Source: Candidatus Culexmicrobium profundum (lineage in GTDB: Archaea; Thermoproteota; Methanomethylicia; Culexarchaeales; Culexmicrobiaceae). Taken from it: DNA of 32,214 nt. The notes beneath the pieces are model-generated. The model made no database searches, had not been told where the DNA came from, and was given only the letters and a program-made list of their open reading frames with translations. Shown here piece by piece: positions 1-8,348 of this stretch; position 1 is the stretch's first letter; every line of letters starts with the position of its first letter. The translations under genes and the position numbers were made by a program. The stretch spans positions 1 to 32,214 of the forward strand of contig JANZKD010000001.1 of NCBI GenBank assembly GCA_025061245.1, written 5' to 3'.

Positions 1-53
1 TCTCCCCGTTTATGTTATAATTGCTAGTTAAAACCGTAACACTATTTCATCCT

Positions 54-68
54 AAAGCTTATAAATAA
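54..68 (+). promoter_or_regulatory. Candidate archaeal BRE/TATA element upstream of the nuoA-like operon
   Basis: AAAG followed by CTTATAAATAA lies about 40 nt upstream of the TTG start at 108. This is sequence resemblance to an archaeal TATA box only; no transcript data. Confidence 0.3.
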
Positions 69-107
69 TTTTGTAATAAGAACTGAAAGACGTAAGGTGA
101 TTGTAAT

Positions 108-437
108 TTGTGGGTTGAATTGCTGCTCTCAGCTCCTATCACTTTCATAATAATATTCGTAATACTCTACTTGGTTTATTACTCCGGTAAATACACTGCC
201 TTTAAGCATCAGCATACTGAGGCTGAGCTGGATCCATATGCTTGTGGTGAGGGACCTGACAAGTATCCTGCTGAGTATATTCAGATGAATGTCCAGCTGT
301 ATAGATTTGCAATGTACTTTACTATATTTGATGTTGCAGCTTTTCTCCTTGCAGTTTCAGTGAGTTCACCTATTTTGGTGTTAGCATTATACATTGCAGT
401 TATGATTGCTGCATTAATTTTACTTCCGAAAGGGTGA
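108..437 (+). CDS. nuoA: NuoA/ND3-like membrane subunit of a complex-I-like/group 4 hydrogenase complex
   Basis: TTG start preceded by AAGGTGA (94-100). Three hydrophobic helices. DPYACGEGP...YFTIFDVAAFLL resembles the NuoA YECGF...FDVE signature. First gene of a tightly packed operon. Confidence 0.8.
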   Translation: MWVELLLSAPITFIIIFVILYLVYYSGKYTAFKHQHTEAELDPYACGEGPDKYPAEYIQMNVQLYRFAMYFTIFDVAAFLLAVSVSSPILVLALYIAVMIAALILLPKG

Positions 438-441
438 GATT

Positions 442-876
442 ATGGTTTCAATAATTGGGTGGAGTAGGATTAGAAGTCCATGGATCCTCTATATGGGGAC
501 TGGTCATTGTAATGCATGTGATATAGAAGTCCTAGCGGTATTGGCTCCTAGATTTGATGTTGAAAGATTCGGTATCTTATTGAAAGGGAGTCCTAGACAT
601 GCAGATGTCCTTGTTGTTACTGGTGCCGTTTCAAGGCAAACTGCACCAAGACTTAAGAGGATATATGAGCAGATGCCTAATCCTAAATTTGTGATTGCTG
701 TGGGTACCTGTGCTTGTTCAGGTGGTGTTTATTGGGGTTGCTATAATGTCTTAGGAGGAATTGATAAGGTTATTCCTGTTGATGTCTATATACCTGGTTG
801 CCCTGTTAGGCCTGAGGCTGTAATTCAAGGTGTAGCTAAGTTATTGGCTAAACTTCAGGGTGGAGGGAAGAAATAA
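442..876 (+). CDS. nuoB: NuoB-like / group 4 [NiFe]-hydrogenase small subunit (one [4Fe-4S])
   Basis: Motifs GHCNACDIE, GTCACSGG and IPGCPVRPE. The first motif is CxxC as in Mbh/Ech/Hyc small subunits, rather than the tandem CC of complex I NuoB. Confidence 0.9.
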   Translation: MVSIIGWSRIRSPWILYMGTGHCNACDIEVLAVLAPRFDVERFGILLKGSPRHADVLVVTGAVSRQTAPRLKRIYEQMPNPKFVIAVGTCACSGGVYWGCYNVLGGIDKVIPVDVYIPGCPVRPEAVIQGVAKLLAKLQGGGKK

Positions 877-1352
877 TGTCTAAGTCTACTTCGAAGGAAG
901 AATTCATTGCACATGAGCTTAAGAGTAACTTTGGAGATGTAATATCGGAGTTAAAGGTTACTGGGCCGAGGAGAGTTTATGTTACTGTTCCTCCTGAGTC
1001 GCTTCGCGATATTCTACTTTTCCTAAAGAATATGTTTAATGCTAGACATATTGTTACAATTACTGGAATTGATATGATGAAGTCTTTTGAATTAATTTAT
1101 CATATAGCCGTGCCAGGTGAGCATATTAGATCAATTTTAGTTAATGTTAAAACTCATATTCCACGCGATAATCCCACTATGCCTTCAGTTGTTGACATAC
1201 TGCCAGGTGCAACTCTATATGAACGTGAAGTTCATGATTTACTGGGTATTGTTTTTGAAGGACATCCGAATCTTGAAAGATTAATCCTACCTGATGACTG
1301 GCCTGAAGATGAGTTTCCATTAAGAAAGGATTGGAAACCTAAGGAGGTATGA
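876..1352 (+). CDS. nuoC: NuoC-like (30 kDa) subunit
   Basis: YEREVHDLLGIVFEGHPNLERLILPDDWPEDEFPLRKDW matches the NuoC family C-terminal signature. Start overlaps the nuoB stop and its stop overlaps the nuoD start. Confidence 0.85.
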   Translation: MSKSTSKEEFIAHELKSNFGDVISELKVTGPRRVYVTVPPESLRDILLFLKNMFNARHIVTITGIDMMKSFELIYHIAVPGEHIRSILVNVKTHIPRDNPTMPSVVDILPGATLYEREVHDLLGIVFEGHPNLERLILPDDWPEDEFPLRKDWKPKEV

Positions 1353-2533
1353 TGATGTCTATATATAGGATTCCTGTAGGTCCTCAACACCCGGCGATTA
1401 AGGAAGGTTTTCAATGGAACTTTAAATTGGATGGTGAAGTAATCGTTGATGTTACACCTAGATTGGGCTTTGTGCATAGAGGTATTGAGAAGGGAATGGA
1501 GTTAAGGTCATGGGTTCAAGGAATATATCTTGCTGAAAGAATTTGTGGTATTTGCAATACTCCTCACACCACTTGCTATTGTCTTGCAGTAGAGCAGTTA
1601 TATGATGTTGAAGTTCCCAAGAGAGCTCAATATCTAAGAATTATCATCAATGAATTGAACAGGATTCACAGCCACCTTCTCTGGATAGGAGTTTTAGGTA
1701 TGGAAATTGGCTTTATGACGTATTTCATGTATGTATGGAGAGATAGGGAAAGAGTGATGGATATAGTTGAACTAATAACTGGCAATAGAGTTACGATGTC
1801 AATGAACATGATTGGTGGAGTGGTTTACGATATAACTCCGCCAATGGAAGGAATTATTAGAAGGGGACTAGATTATCTTGAGGAAAGAACCAAGTATTAT
1901 AAAGAGGTTCTTTTAAATGAGCCAACTATTCGGGCTAGAACTGAGAATGTAGGTGTGCTTAGTAAGTCTGATGCTATAGATTTATGTGCAGTTGGTCCAA
2001 CTTTGAGAGGTTCTGATGTAAAGAGTGATGCACGTTTTGATGAGCCCTATTCTTCTTATGATGAAATTTCATTTAACTTAGTAACTTACCCCTACTGTGA
2101 TGTTTATGCACGTGCCCTTGTTAGGGCTGATGAGACACTTGAATCAATTAAAATAATTAGAGAATGTCTAGATAAGATGCCTAGTGGGCCAATTAAAGTT
2201 AGATTAAAACGGACTCCTCCTCCTGGTGAAGCTGTAGCAAGAGTTGAAGCTCCAAGAGGAGAATTGCTACATTATGTTAAATCTGATGGGAAGGAAAAGC
2301 CCTATAGAGTTAAAATGAGGACACCGACACTTGCAAATATACCTGCAACCTGTGAAATGTTGAAGGGTTACTATATAGCAGATATCCCTGCAATTATAGC
2401 TAGCATTGATCCATGCTACTGTTGTACTGAACGAATGCTTTTCATAGACATAAATAGTGGCAAAAGTTGGGTATGGACTGATAGTGAGCTTAGGAGGTAT
2501 AGTTTAAAGTATTATCGTGAGAGGAGGAAGTAG
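1349..2533 (+). CDS. nuoD: NuoD-like / group 4 [NiFe]-hydrogenase large subunit with intact Ni-Fe ligand motifs
   Basis: HRGIEKG...RICGICNTPH (aa 64-73, nt 1538-1567) fits RxCGxCxxxH. DPCYCCTER (aa 354-362, nt 2408-2434) fits DPCxxCxx[HR]. A 32-aa tail follows the Arg. Confidence 0.9.
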   Translation: MMMSIYRIPVGPQHPAIKEGFQWNFKLDGEVIVDVTPRLGFVHRGIEKGMELRSWVQGIYLAERICGICNTPHTTCYCLAVEQLYDVEVPKRAQYLRIIINELNRIHSHLLWIGVLGMEIGFMTYFMYVWRDRERVMDIVELITGNRVTMSMNMIGGVVYDITPPMEGIIRRGLDYLEERTKYYKEVLLNEPTIRARTENVGVLSKSDAIDLCAVGPTLRGSDVKSDARFDEPYSSYDEISFNLVTYPYCDVYARALVRADETLESIKIIRECLDKMPSGPIKVRLKRTPPPGEAVARVEAPRGELLHYVKSDGKEKPYRVKMRTPTLANIPATCEMLKGYYIADIPAIIASIDPCYCCTERMLFIDINSGKSWVWTDSELRRYSLKYYRERRK

Positions 2534-3487
2534 ATGATGAATGTTTTGTATTATTTATTTCGAGTTTTGATTTATCCTGGATTTTTGTTTATTTCGGCAT
2601 TGGCATTTGTGTTTGAGTGGATTGATAGGAAAGCTCATGCACACTTCCAAAATAGAATTGGTCCTCTATATGCTGGACCACATGGTTTTCTACAGCCTCT
2701 AGCTGATTTTATAAAGTTAATGGCTAAAGAAGATTTTACTCCAACATGGGCAAATCCAGTATTCTTCAACATTACTCCAGTATTGGCTGCAACACTTCCT
2801 GTTTTTGCTTCATTCTACATTCCATTTACAGGCATGCCTGTTCTGCCTCCGTTTGAAGGGGATCTAGTGCTTGTTTTGACTTTGACTACCTTCTTTACAA
2901 TAACTGCTTTCTTGGCAGGATGGTTTTCATCTAATAGATTTAGCTCTGTGGGTGCTATTAGAGTCGTTCTCCAATTTTTAGGCTATGAAATTCCAATGTT
3001 TATTTCTTTGGGCTCAGCAGCTATTGCTGCTGGCTCTCTTTCAATAACAAAGATTGCTAATAGCCAAGTTATACCATTTGCTATTTTGCAGCCTTTAGGT
3101 TTCGCAATTTACATTATAGCTCTTCAAGCAGAGTTGGAGAAGATCCCATTCGATATTCCTGAGGCTGAAAGTGAAATTGTTGCTGGATGGTTAACTGAAT
3201 TTGCAGGTAGGAAACTGGCTTTCTTTAGGTTATCAGAGGATTTAAGACTAGTTTTAGGTGCTGGCTTGGCAACAGCGGTTTTCCTTGGTGGTGGAAGTGG
3301 TGCTATTCTTCCACCAATAGTTTGGTTCTTGATAAAGATGGTGATAGTAGTTCTTATTGCAACTTCGTTGAGAACTGTTTTCGCCAGGTTGAAGATAGAT
3401 CAGGTTGTTAGAGGTGCATGGAAGTATCTGCTGCCCTTAGCTTTACTTCAATTGTTGATAACTAAAATCTTATTGGTGGTGATGTAG
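2534..3487 (+). CDS. nuoH: NuoH/ND1-like membrane subunit
   Basis: QNRIGPLYAGPHGFLQPLADFIKL and PEAESEIVAGWLTEFAG signatures of NuoH/HycD/MbhM. Multi-TM. Starts immediately after the nuoD stop. Confidence 0.9.
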   Translation: MMNVLYYLFRVLIYPGFLFISALAFVFEWIDRKAHAHFQNRIGPLYAGPHGFLQPLADFIKLMAKEDFTPTWANPVFFNITPVLAATLPVFASFYIPFTGMPVLPPFEGDLVLVLTLTTFFTITAFLAGWFSSNRFSSVGAIRVVLQFLGYEIPMFISLGSAAIAAGSLSITKIANSQVIPFAILQPLGFAIYIIALQAELEKIPFDIPEAESEIVAGWLTEFAGRKLAFFRLSEDLRLVLGAGLATAVFLGGGSGAILPPIVWFLIKMVIVVLIATSLRTVFARLKIDQVVRGAWKYLLPLALLQLLITKILLVVM

Positions 3488-3832
3488 ATGGCGATGCTTA
3501 GGGAGATTTGGAGACATTTCTTTAAAAAGCCTGTAACCGTTAAGTATCCATTTGAAAAACTTGAGCCTGCTGAAAGATATAGGGGAAGGCATGAATTTTA
3601 TATTGATAGATGTGTTGGCTGCGGGTTATGTGCGAAAGAGTGTCCTGCTCTTGCAATAGAGATGGTACCAAGTGATAAGACTGTTGGTGGTAAGAAGCCT
3701 GTTTTCTATTTAGACAGATGTATTTTCTGTCAGCAGTGTGAACGAATTTGCCCTAGAAATGCTATTAAGCTAACGAAGTTCTATGAGCTTGCTGCATATG
3801 ATAAAAGTGAATTGGTACTTGACATTTCCTAG
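3488..3832 (+). CDS. nuoI: NuoI-like 2x[4Fe-4S] ferredoxin subunit
   Basis: Two CxxCxxCxxxCP motifs (CVGCGLCAKECP, CIFCQQCERICP). Starts directly after the nuoH stop. Confidence 0.9.
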   Translation: MAMLREIWRHFFKKPVTVKYPFEKLEPAERYRGRHEFYIDRCVGCGLCAKECPALAIEMVPSDKTVGGKKPVFYLDRCIFCQQCERICPRNAIKLTKFYELAAYDKSELVLDIS

Positions 3833-3898
3833 CTAATGAGGGATAATAGCTAAATATATTCTTTGTTTTAACTTCTATTTATTTGGGAGACTCCTTGG

Positions 3899-5179
3899 AT
3901 GAAGATGATTGCAGATTTACACTTACATTCACATTATAGCGCTGCAACCAGTCCCGATATGACTATCCCTAAAATAGCGTATTATGCCAAAATTAAGGGA
4001 CTGAAAATTATTGGTACAGGTGATGCTTTTAATCCTTCCTGGCTTAGAGAGTTAAAATTAACTTTAGAGGAATCGTCGTATCCTGGGTTGTATTCTCCTT
4101 TAACTCCTGTTGAGGATGTATTTTTTATCATGCAATCTGAGGTTGGAACCATATTTGAGTTTGAGGGTAAGGTTAGACGTGTACATCATGTAATTTTAAT
4201 GCCGAATATTGAAGTTGCAGAGCAGATTTCTGACATTCTATCCTTTTATGGTAACGTTTCTTCTGATGGTAGACCCGTATTTAATATGCATCCTTCAGAG
4301 CTTGTTGAGATCGTCTTGGAGGTAGATGAGAATTGTTTAATATATCCTGCTCATGCGTGGACACCGTGGTGGAGCATTTTTGGTTCCTTTAGTGGCGTGG
4401 ATAGAATGGAGGATTGCTATGGTGACCAAGTTAAAAAGATATACGCATTAGAGACGGGGTTAAGTAGTGATCCGGAGATGAATTGGAGGGTGAGTGCCTT
4501 AGATAAATATGCTCTTGTTAGTGCCTCTGATGCTCATTCTCCATGGCCATTTAGATTGGGGAGAGAGGCCTGTGTCTTTGACTTTAAGAAGCCAAGCTAT
4601 TATGAACTTATTGATGCTATTAAACATAAGGATGCAAGTCGTTTTTTGATGACAATTGAGGTGGATCCTGCGTATGGCAAATATCATTGGTCTGGCCATC
4701 GGAAATGCGGTTTTGGCCCTATACCCCCTTCTGAAGCTGCTAAGCTGAATTACATTTGCCCTATTTGTGGAAGGAAATTAACTAAGGGTGTTGATGATCG
4801 AGTGGAGGAATTAGCAGATAGACCTAAAGGTTTTAGACCTGAGAAGGCAATTCCCTACATAAAATTATTGCCTCTCCAAGAACTTATTGCAACAGTTTTA
4901 GGAATAAGTCCATTCAATGTTAGACGTTTATACACTGGAAAGGTTTGGGAAGAATATCTTAAGCTTATACATAAACTGGGACCGGAATATAGAGTTGTTC
5001 TAGATGCACCATTAGATGAAATTGCAAAGGTTACATCAAGTGGGATAGCTAAGGCAATAGCTAAGCTAAGGAGTAATAGTCTTAAAGTTATTCCGGGATA
5101 TGATGGTGTATATGGTAAAATAATATTTTTTGAGGATAAGGAAGATCAATTAGATTTAAAGAAGTTTATTTCCTATTAG
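3899..5179 (+). CDS. PHP-domain nuclease, probable endonuclease Q (EndoQ) family
   Basis: N-terminal DLHLHSHYS PHP metal motif, SASDAHS, internal zinc-ribbon CPICGRKLTKGVDDRV, and about 426 aa, as in archaeal EndoQ. Assigned from memory of family motifs, not a search. Confidence 0.6.
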   Translation: MKMIADLHLHSHYSAATSPDMTIPKIAYYAKIKGLKIIGTGDAFNPSWLRELKLTLEESSYPGLYSPLTPVEDVFFIMQSEVGTIFEFEGKVRRVHHVILMPNIEVAEQISDILSFYGNVSSDGRPVFNMHPSELVEIVLEVDENCLIYPAHAWTPWWSIFGSFSGVDRMEDCYGDQVKKIYALETGLSSDPEMNWRVSALDKYALVSASDAHSPWPFRLGREACVFDFKKPSYYELIDAIKHKDASRFLMTIEVDPAYGKYHWSGHRKCGFGPIPPSEAAKLNYICPICGRKLTKGVDDRVEELADRPKGFRPEKAIPYIKLLPLQELIATVLGISPFNVRRLYTGKVWEEYLKLIHKLGPEYRVVLDAPLDEIAKVTSSGIAKAIAKLRSNSLKVIPGYDGVYGKIIFFEDKEDQLDLKKFISY

Positions 5180-5841
5180 GATTCTTTCTTTACTAGGAAT
5201 TCTCTCCATCTACCATCTCTTAGTCGTCGGATAACTCCTTTCCATCCTTCTTGATCTACAATGTCTGCGATTATCATCCAATCTATTTTGAGTAGTGCTA
5301 CTGTAATTATTATCAGAAATATTATTGAAGCAATTGCCCCGTATATACTTCCACCCAACATTAATCCTAGGATATTCACAAATGTCTTACCGAATACTGC
5401 TATGAACATGCTTAAAGCTATTTTACCTGCTAGACATGCTATTAGGAATTTGAAGAAACTGTATCTAATTAATCCTAGTGGAATGATTACTATGTCATCT
5501 GGTGATGGTGTAATCGTAAATACGAATACAGCTAATGCTCCATATTTATCAAGTAATTGTCTTAAGCGAGCTATCCTATACTCTTTTTCCTCTCCTATGA
5601 GTTTTCCACTTCCGAAACTGAATATGTATACGATTACTTTACCTACTGTGCCTCCTATTCCGCTAATAATGCCTAGTATTACTGGTTCGACTGGAAGGTA
5701 TGCTGCCATGTAAAATATTGCGACAAGATATGGTATTGGAATAAAGGGTATTAAGTTTCCTAGAACGGACACTATAAATGCGCCTAGGTATCCATGTTCA
5801 ACTACTATTTGTATTAACCATTTCTCTAGATTTTCAAGCAA
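5176..5841 (-). CDS. DedA/SNARE-associated (VTT domain) family membrane protein
   Basis: About 220 aa polytopic protein with a DedA-like layout (GYLGAFIVSVLGN.IPFIP, ITPSPDD). Convergent with the EndoQ-like gene, with a 4-nt overlap. Confidence 0.7.
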   Translation of the reverse strand: MLENLEKWLIQIVVEHGYLGAFIVSVLGNLIPFIPIPYLVAIFYMAAYLPVEPVILGIISGIGGTVGKVIVYIFSFGSGKLIGEEKEYRIARLRQLLDKYGALAVFVFTITPSPDDIVIIPLGLIRYSFFKFLIACLAGKIALSMFIAVFGKTFVNILGLMLGGSIYGAIASIIFLIIITVALLKIDWMIIADIVDQEGWKGVIRRLRDGRWREFLVKKES

Positions 5842-5994
5842 TCAAATTTCACTCCATAACTTCTCCAACGCTGTTTAAATTTGTACTTTATGATATTTAG
5901 CTCTTAATGTTTAAGAGACTGGAAAAGCTTTTAAAGTGTTAAAAGAAACTTCATTATCGCCATGAATCTTTCGTTATAAAGCGGGGGCAGAGAT

Positions 5995-6252
5995 TTGGAG
6001 TTTGCGTCGATTGTATCCTTACTTTTGGGTATACTTATAGTGGCTTTTGCAGTATTGGCTATTGAAATAAAGAACATAACTCATGCAATACTTTCATTAT
6101 GTGCTTTTAGTATAATTATTGCAATAGCCTTCATATTGTTAAATGCTCCATATGTTGCTGTTTTTCAACTTGCAATTTATGCTGGTGCTGTTACTGTTCT
6201 ATTTCTCATTACTATTATGTTAACTAAGAAGGAGGAGGTAGAGTTGCCATGA
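5995..6252 (+). CDS. nuoJ: NuoJ-like subunit, N-terminal part (split nuoJ)
   Basis: TTG start after a GGGGGCAGAG purine run. Three TM helices. VAVFQLAIYAGAVTVLFLITIML resembles the NuoJ Q..VY.GA..VLF signature. Confidence 0.7.
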   Translation: MEFASIVSLLLGILIVAFAVLAIEIKNITHAILSLCAFSIIIAIAFILLNAPYVAVFQLAIYAGAVTVLFLITIMLTKKEEVELP

Positions 6253-6527
6253 AGTTGAATGAAATTATAGGAGCAATTACAGCTCTAATACTTGCCTACT
6301 TTCTAGCTAATCTTCTAACCTCCGGCTTCGCAGAATTAGGGCTCTTTCCCTATGCTGGAAGGGCATTTTGGCTCACACCACCAGGAACAAATTTCTATCA
6401 AATCGGTCAAGCTGTTGGACAGTTTCTATGGAGGCTAAGATCTATTGACGTCTTAGCCCAAGTTCTTGTTCTATTTTCATCGGCACTTGGCGTTGTATGT
6501 TTGCTTAGGGAGGAGAAGGAAAAATGA
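6249..6527 (+). CDS. NuoJ-like subunit, C-terminal part (split nuoJ)
   Basis: 4-nt overlap with the previous ORF. The terminal helix RSIDVLAQVLVLFSSALGVVCLL resembles the last NuoJ helix (FE.aS.LLL.A.iGA). Confidence 0.55.
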   Translation: MKLNEIIGAITALILAYFLANLLTSGFAELGLFPYAGRAFWLTPPGTNFYQIGQAVGQFLWRLRSIDVLAQVLVLFSSALGVVCLLREEKEK

Positions 6528-6841
6528 GTTCTCCACTCTTCACCTTTATGGCTACTTCTGCAGTTTTACTTGCAGTTGGCTTATATGGGCTAATGGTTAA
6601 GAGAAACATGATTAGATTGATAATTTCACTTGAGATTCTAGTTAGTGCTGCGAATTTAAATTTCATAACTTTCTCAGCGTTCAGATCACTGGGTCTAGTT
6701 GATCCACTAGCACATACTTACACAATTATCATCATCTCTATAGAAGCCTGTGTAATTGGTGTAGCCTTGGCTTTCGTTATAAATGCATATAAGCATTATA
6801 AGACTCTTGATGTAACTAAGTTGAAGAAGTTGAGGTGGTAG
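6524..6841 (+). CDS. nuoK: NuoK/ND4L/MrpC-like subunit
   Basis: 105 aa, 3 TM. LYGLMVKRNMIRLIISLEILVSAANLNFI is the NuoK-family signature, including the membrane Glu. Confidence 0.85.
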   Translation: MSSPLFTFMATSAVLLAVGLYGLMVKRNMIRLIISLEILVSAANLNFITFSAFRSLGLVDPLAHTYTIIIISIEACVIGVALAFVINAYKHYKTLDVTKLKKLRW

Positions 6842-8346
6842 CCGTGTTTGCAATAGTTTTGCCTATATTGACTTTGGTTTTCTTTGCAATTGTCACCCCC
6901 TTCCTAAGTAAAATTACTAGGAGTGTTGGTTTAAAGAATGTTGAGAGTTACTGGACAACTTTGGGCTTTTTGCTGGCTTTGATTGTTGATTTCCGTTTGC
7001 TAGGTCCGATTGCTGAGAATAATGTTTTAGTGTACATTCCATACCCTACTTCAAAGCCGCCGGTAGCAGGTTTCTTTGCAGTTGATTGGCTAGGTTTCTT
7101 TGTTTCACTAATTTTCATTTTAGTTGGTTTTCTATCTGCAATACATTCCATCGACTACATGAGTCATGACACTGGTCTTGATCAATATTATGCATTGCTA
7201 TTATTGATGGTTGCTGGAATGGTTGGACTTGCATTTGCAGGTGACTTTTTGACTTTCATTGTTTTCTGGGAGTTAATGAGTATTTCGTCATATTGTCTCG
7301 TTGGCTTTAGAAAGCATCTCTGGGAACCTATAGAGGCTGGATTTAAGTATCTTATAATGAGTGCTTCTGGTTCAGCATTGGTTTTATTTGCCATGTCGAT
7401 ATTATATGGTCTAACTGGTTCACTTAGCTTTGCACATATAGCTTCTTCAATGATGTATGCTGACTCATCACAGCTAATTTACTTAGTGGTGGCTTTACTA
7501 GTTGCTGGTTTTGGAGTTAAGGCAGCTGCTGTTCCATTCCACTTCTGGCTTCCTGACGCTCACCCTGCAGCACCAAGCCCAATTAGCGCTATGCTTTCAG
7601 GTGTTGTAATAAAGACTGGTGTTTATGCGCTTATTAGGACTTTATACCTATTCTTTACTCCCTCACTAGTAGATTTCACCATGATTATGGCAATACTCTC
7701 TGTTGTAACTATGACTGTTGGCAATATTATGGCGCTCCTGCAAAAGGATATAAAGAGGCTACTTGCCTATTCAAGTATTGGTCAAATAGGATATATTCTA
7801 TTAGCAATGTCGTTGGGTACTCCTTTCGGCTTGACTGGTGCTATACTTCACATATTTAACCATGCTCTTATGAAGGGTCTTGCTTTTCTCTGTGCTGGTG
7901 CAATAATTCATGTAGTTGGGACAAGGAATATTGATGAATTAATAGGCGTTGGAAAGAAAATGCCAATTACATCCATTGCATTCAGCATTTCACTATTGTC
8001 CTTAAGTGGTGTGCCATTCCTTAACGGTTTTATAAGTAAATATATGATCTTTGCAGCTGCAATTGAAGCCCACGCCTACCTTCTTACAGTTATCGGTCTT
8101 CTTAATAGCGGGCTGTCTGTTGTATATTACTTAAGGCTGATTCAGCTTTTAATACTTAGAGAGCCGAAGGGTAAAGCCGCTACTGCAAGGGAAGCTTCGA
8201 TTCTAATTTTAATTCCACTCGTAGTTATGGCACTTCTATGTGTTCTGTTTGGAATATGGCCGGAGCCAGTTTACAGGATGGCTGAAGCTGCTGCTAATTC
8301 TGCTTTTGCAAAAATTGAATACATACAATCTGTAATTAAGCCGTGA
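6835..8346 (+). CDS. nuoN: Antiporter-like subunit (NuoN/MrpD/MbhH family)
   Basis: GTG start overlapping the nuoK stop (alternative GTG at 6844). FWELMSISSY (TM5 Glu), GFGVKAAAVPFHFWLPDAH (TM7 Lys), KRLLAYSSIGQIGY. Confidence 0.85.
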   Translation: MVAVFAIVLPILTLVFFAIVTPFLSKITRSVGLKNVESYWTTLGFLLALIVDFRLLGPIAENNVLVYIPYPTSKPPVAGFFAVDWLGFFVSLIFILVGFLSAIHSIDYMSHDTGLDQYYALLLLMVAGMVGLAFAGDFLTFIVFWELMSISSYCLVGFRKHLWEPIEAGFKYLIMSASGSALVLFAMSILYGLTGSLSFAHIASSMMYADSSQLIYLVVALLVAGFGVKAAAVPFHFWLPDAHPAAPSPISAMLSGVVIKTGVYALIRTLYLFFTPSLVDFTMIMAILSVVTMTVGNIMALLQKDIKRLLAYSSIGQIGYILLAMSLGTPFGLTGAILHIFNHALMKGLAFLCAGAIIHVVGTRNIDELIGVGKKMPITSIAFSISLLSLSGVPFLNGFISKYMIFAAAIEAHAYLLTVIGLLNSGLSVVYYLRLIQLLILREPKGKAATAREASILILIPLVVMALLCVLFGIWPEPVYRMAEAAANSAFAKIEYIQSVIKP

Positions 8347-8348
8347 TT

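Noticed and set aside
108-3832. Calling the nuoABCDHI block a conventional NADH:quinone oxidoreductase (complex I)
   Set aside because: There is no NuoE/F/G NADH module in the window. The D and B homologues also carry hydrogenase-type Cys motifs rather than complex-I residues. I keep the nuo symbols only as family labels.
5261-5713. 150-aa plus-strand ORF
   Set aside because: It is entirely antisense to the DedA-family gene, which has a coherent polytopic membrane pattern. It is a shadow ORF typical of AT-rich sequence, with no recognisable motif.
5901-5917. 7-bp inverted repeat CTCTTAA-TGT-TTAAGAG (and the nearby AAAAGCTTTT) in the DedA/nuoJ divergent region as an operator
   Set aside because: It is short and AT-rich, so it could easily arise by chance in this composition. 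No second copy was noticed.
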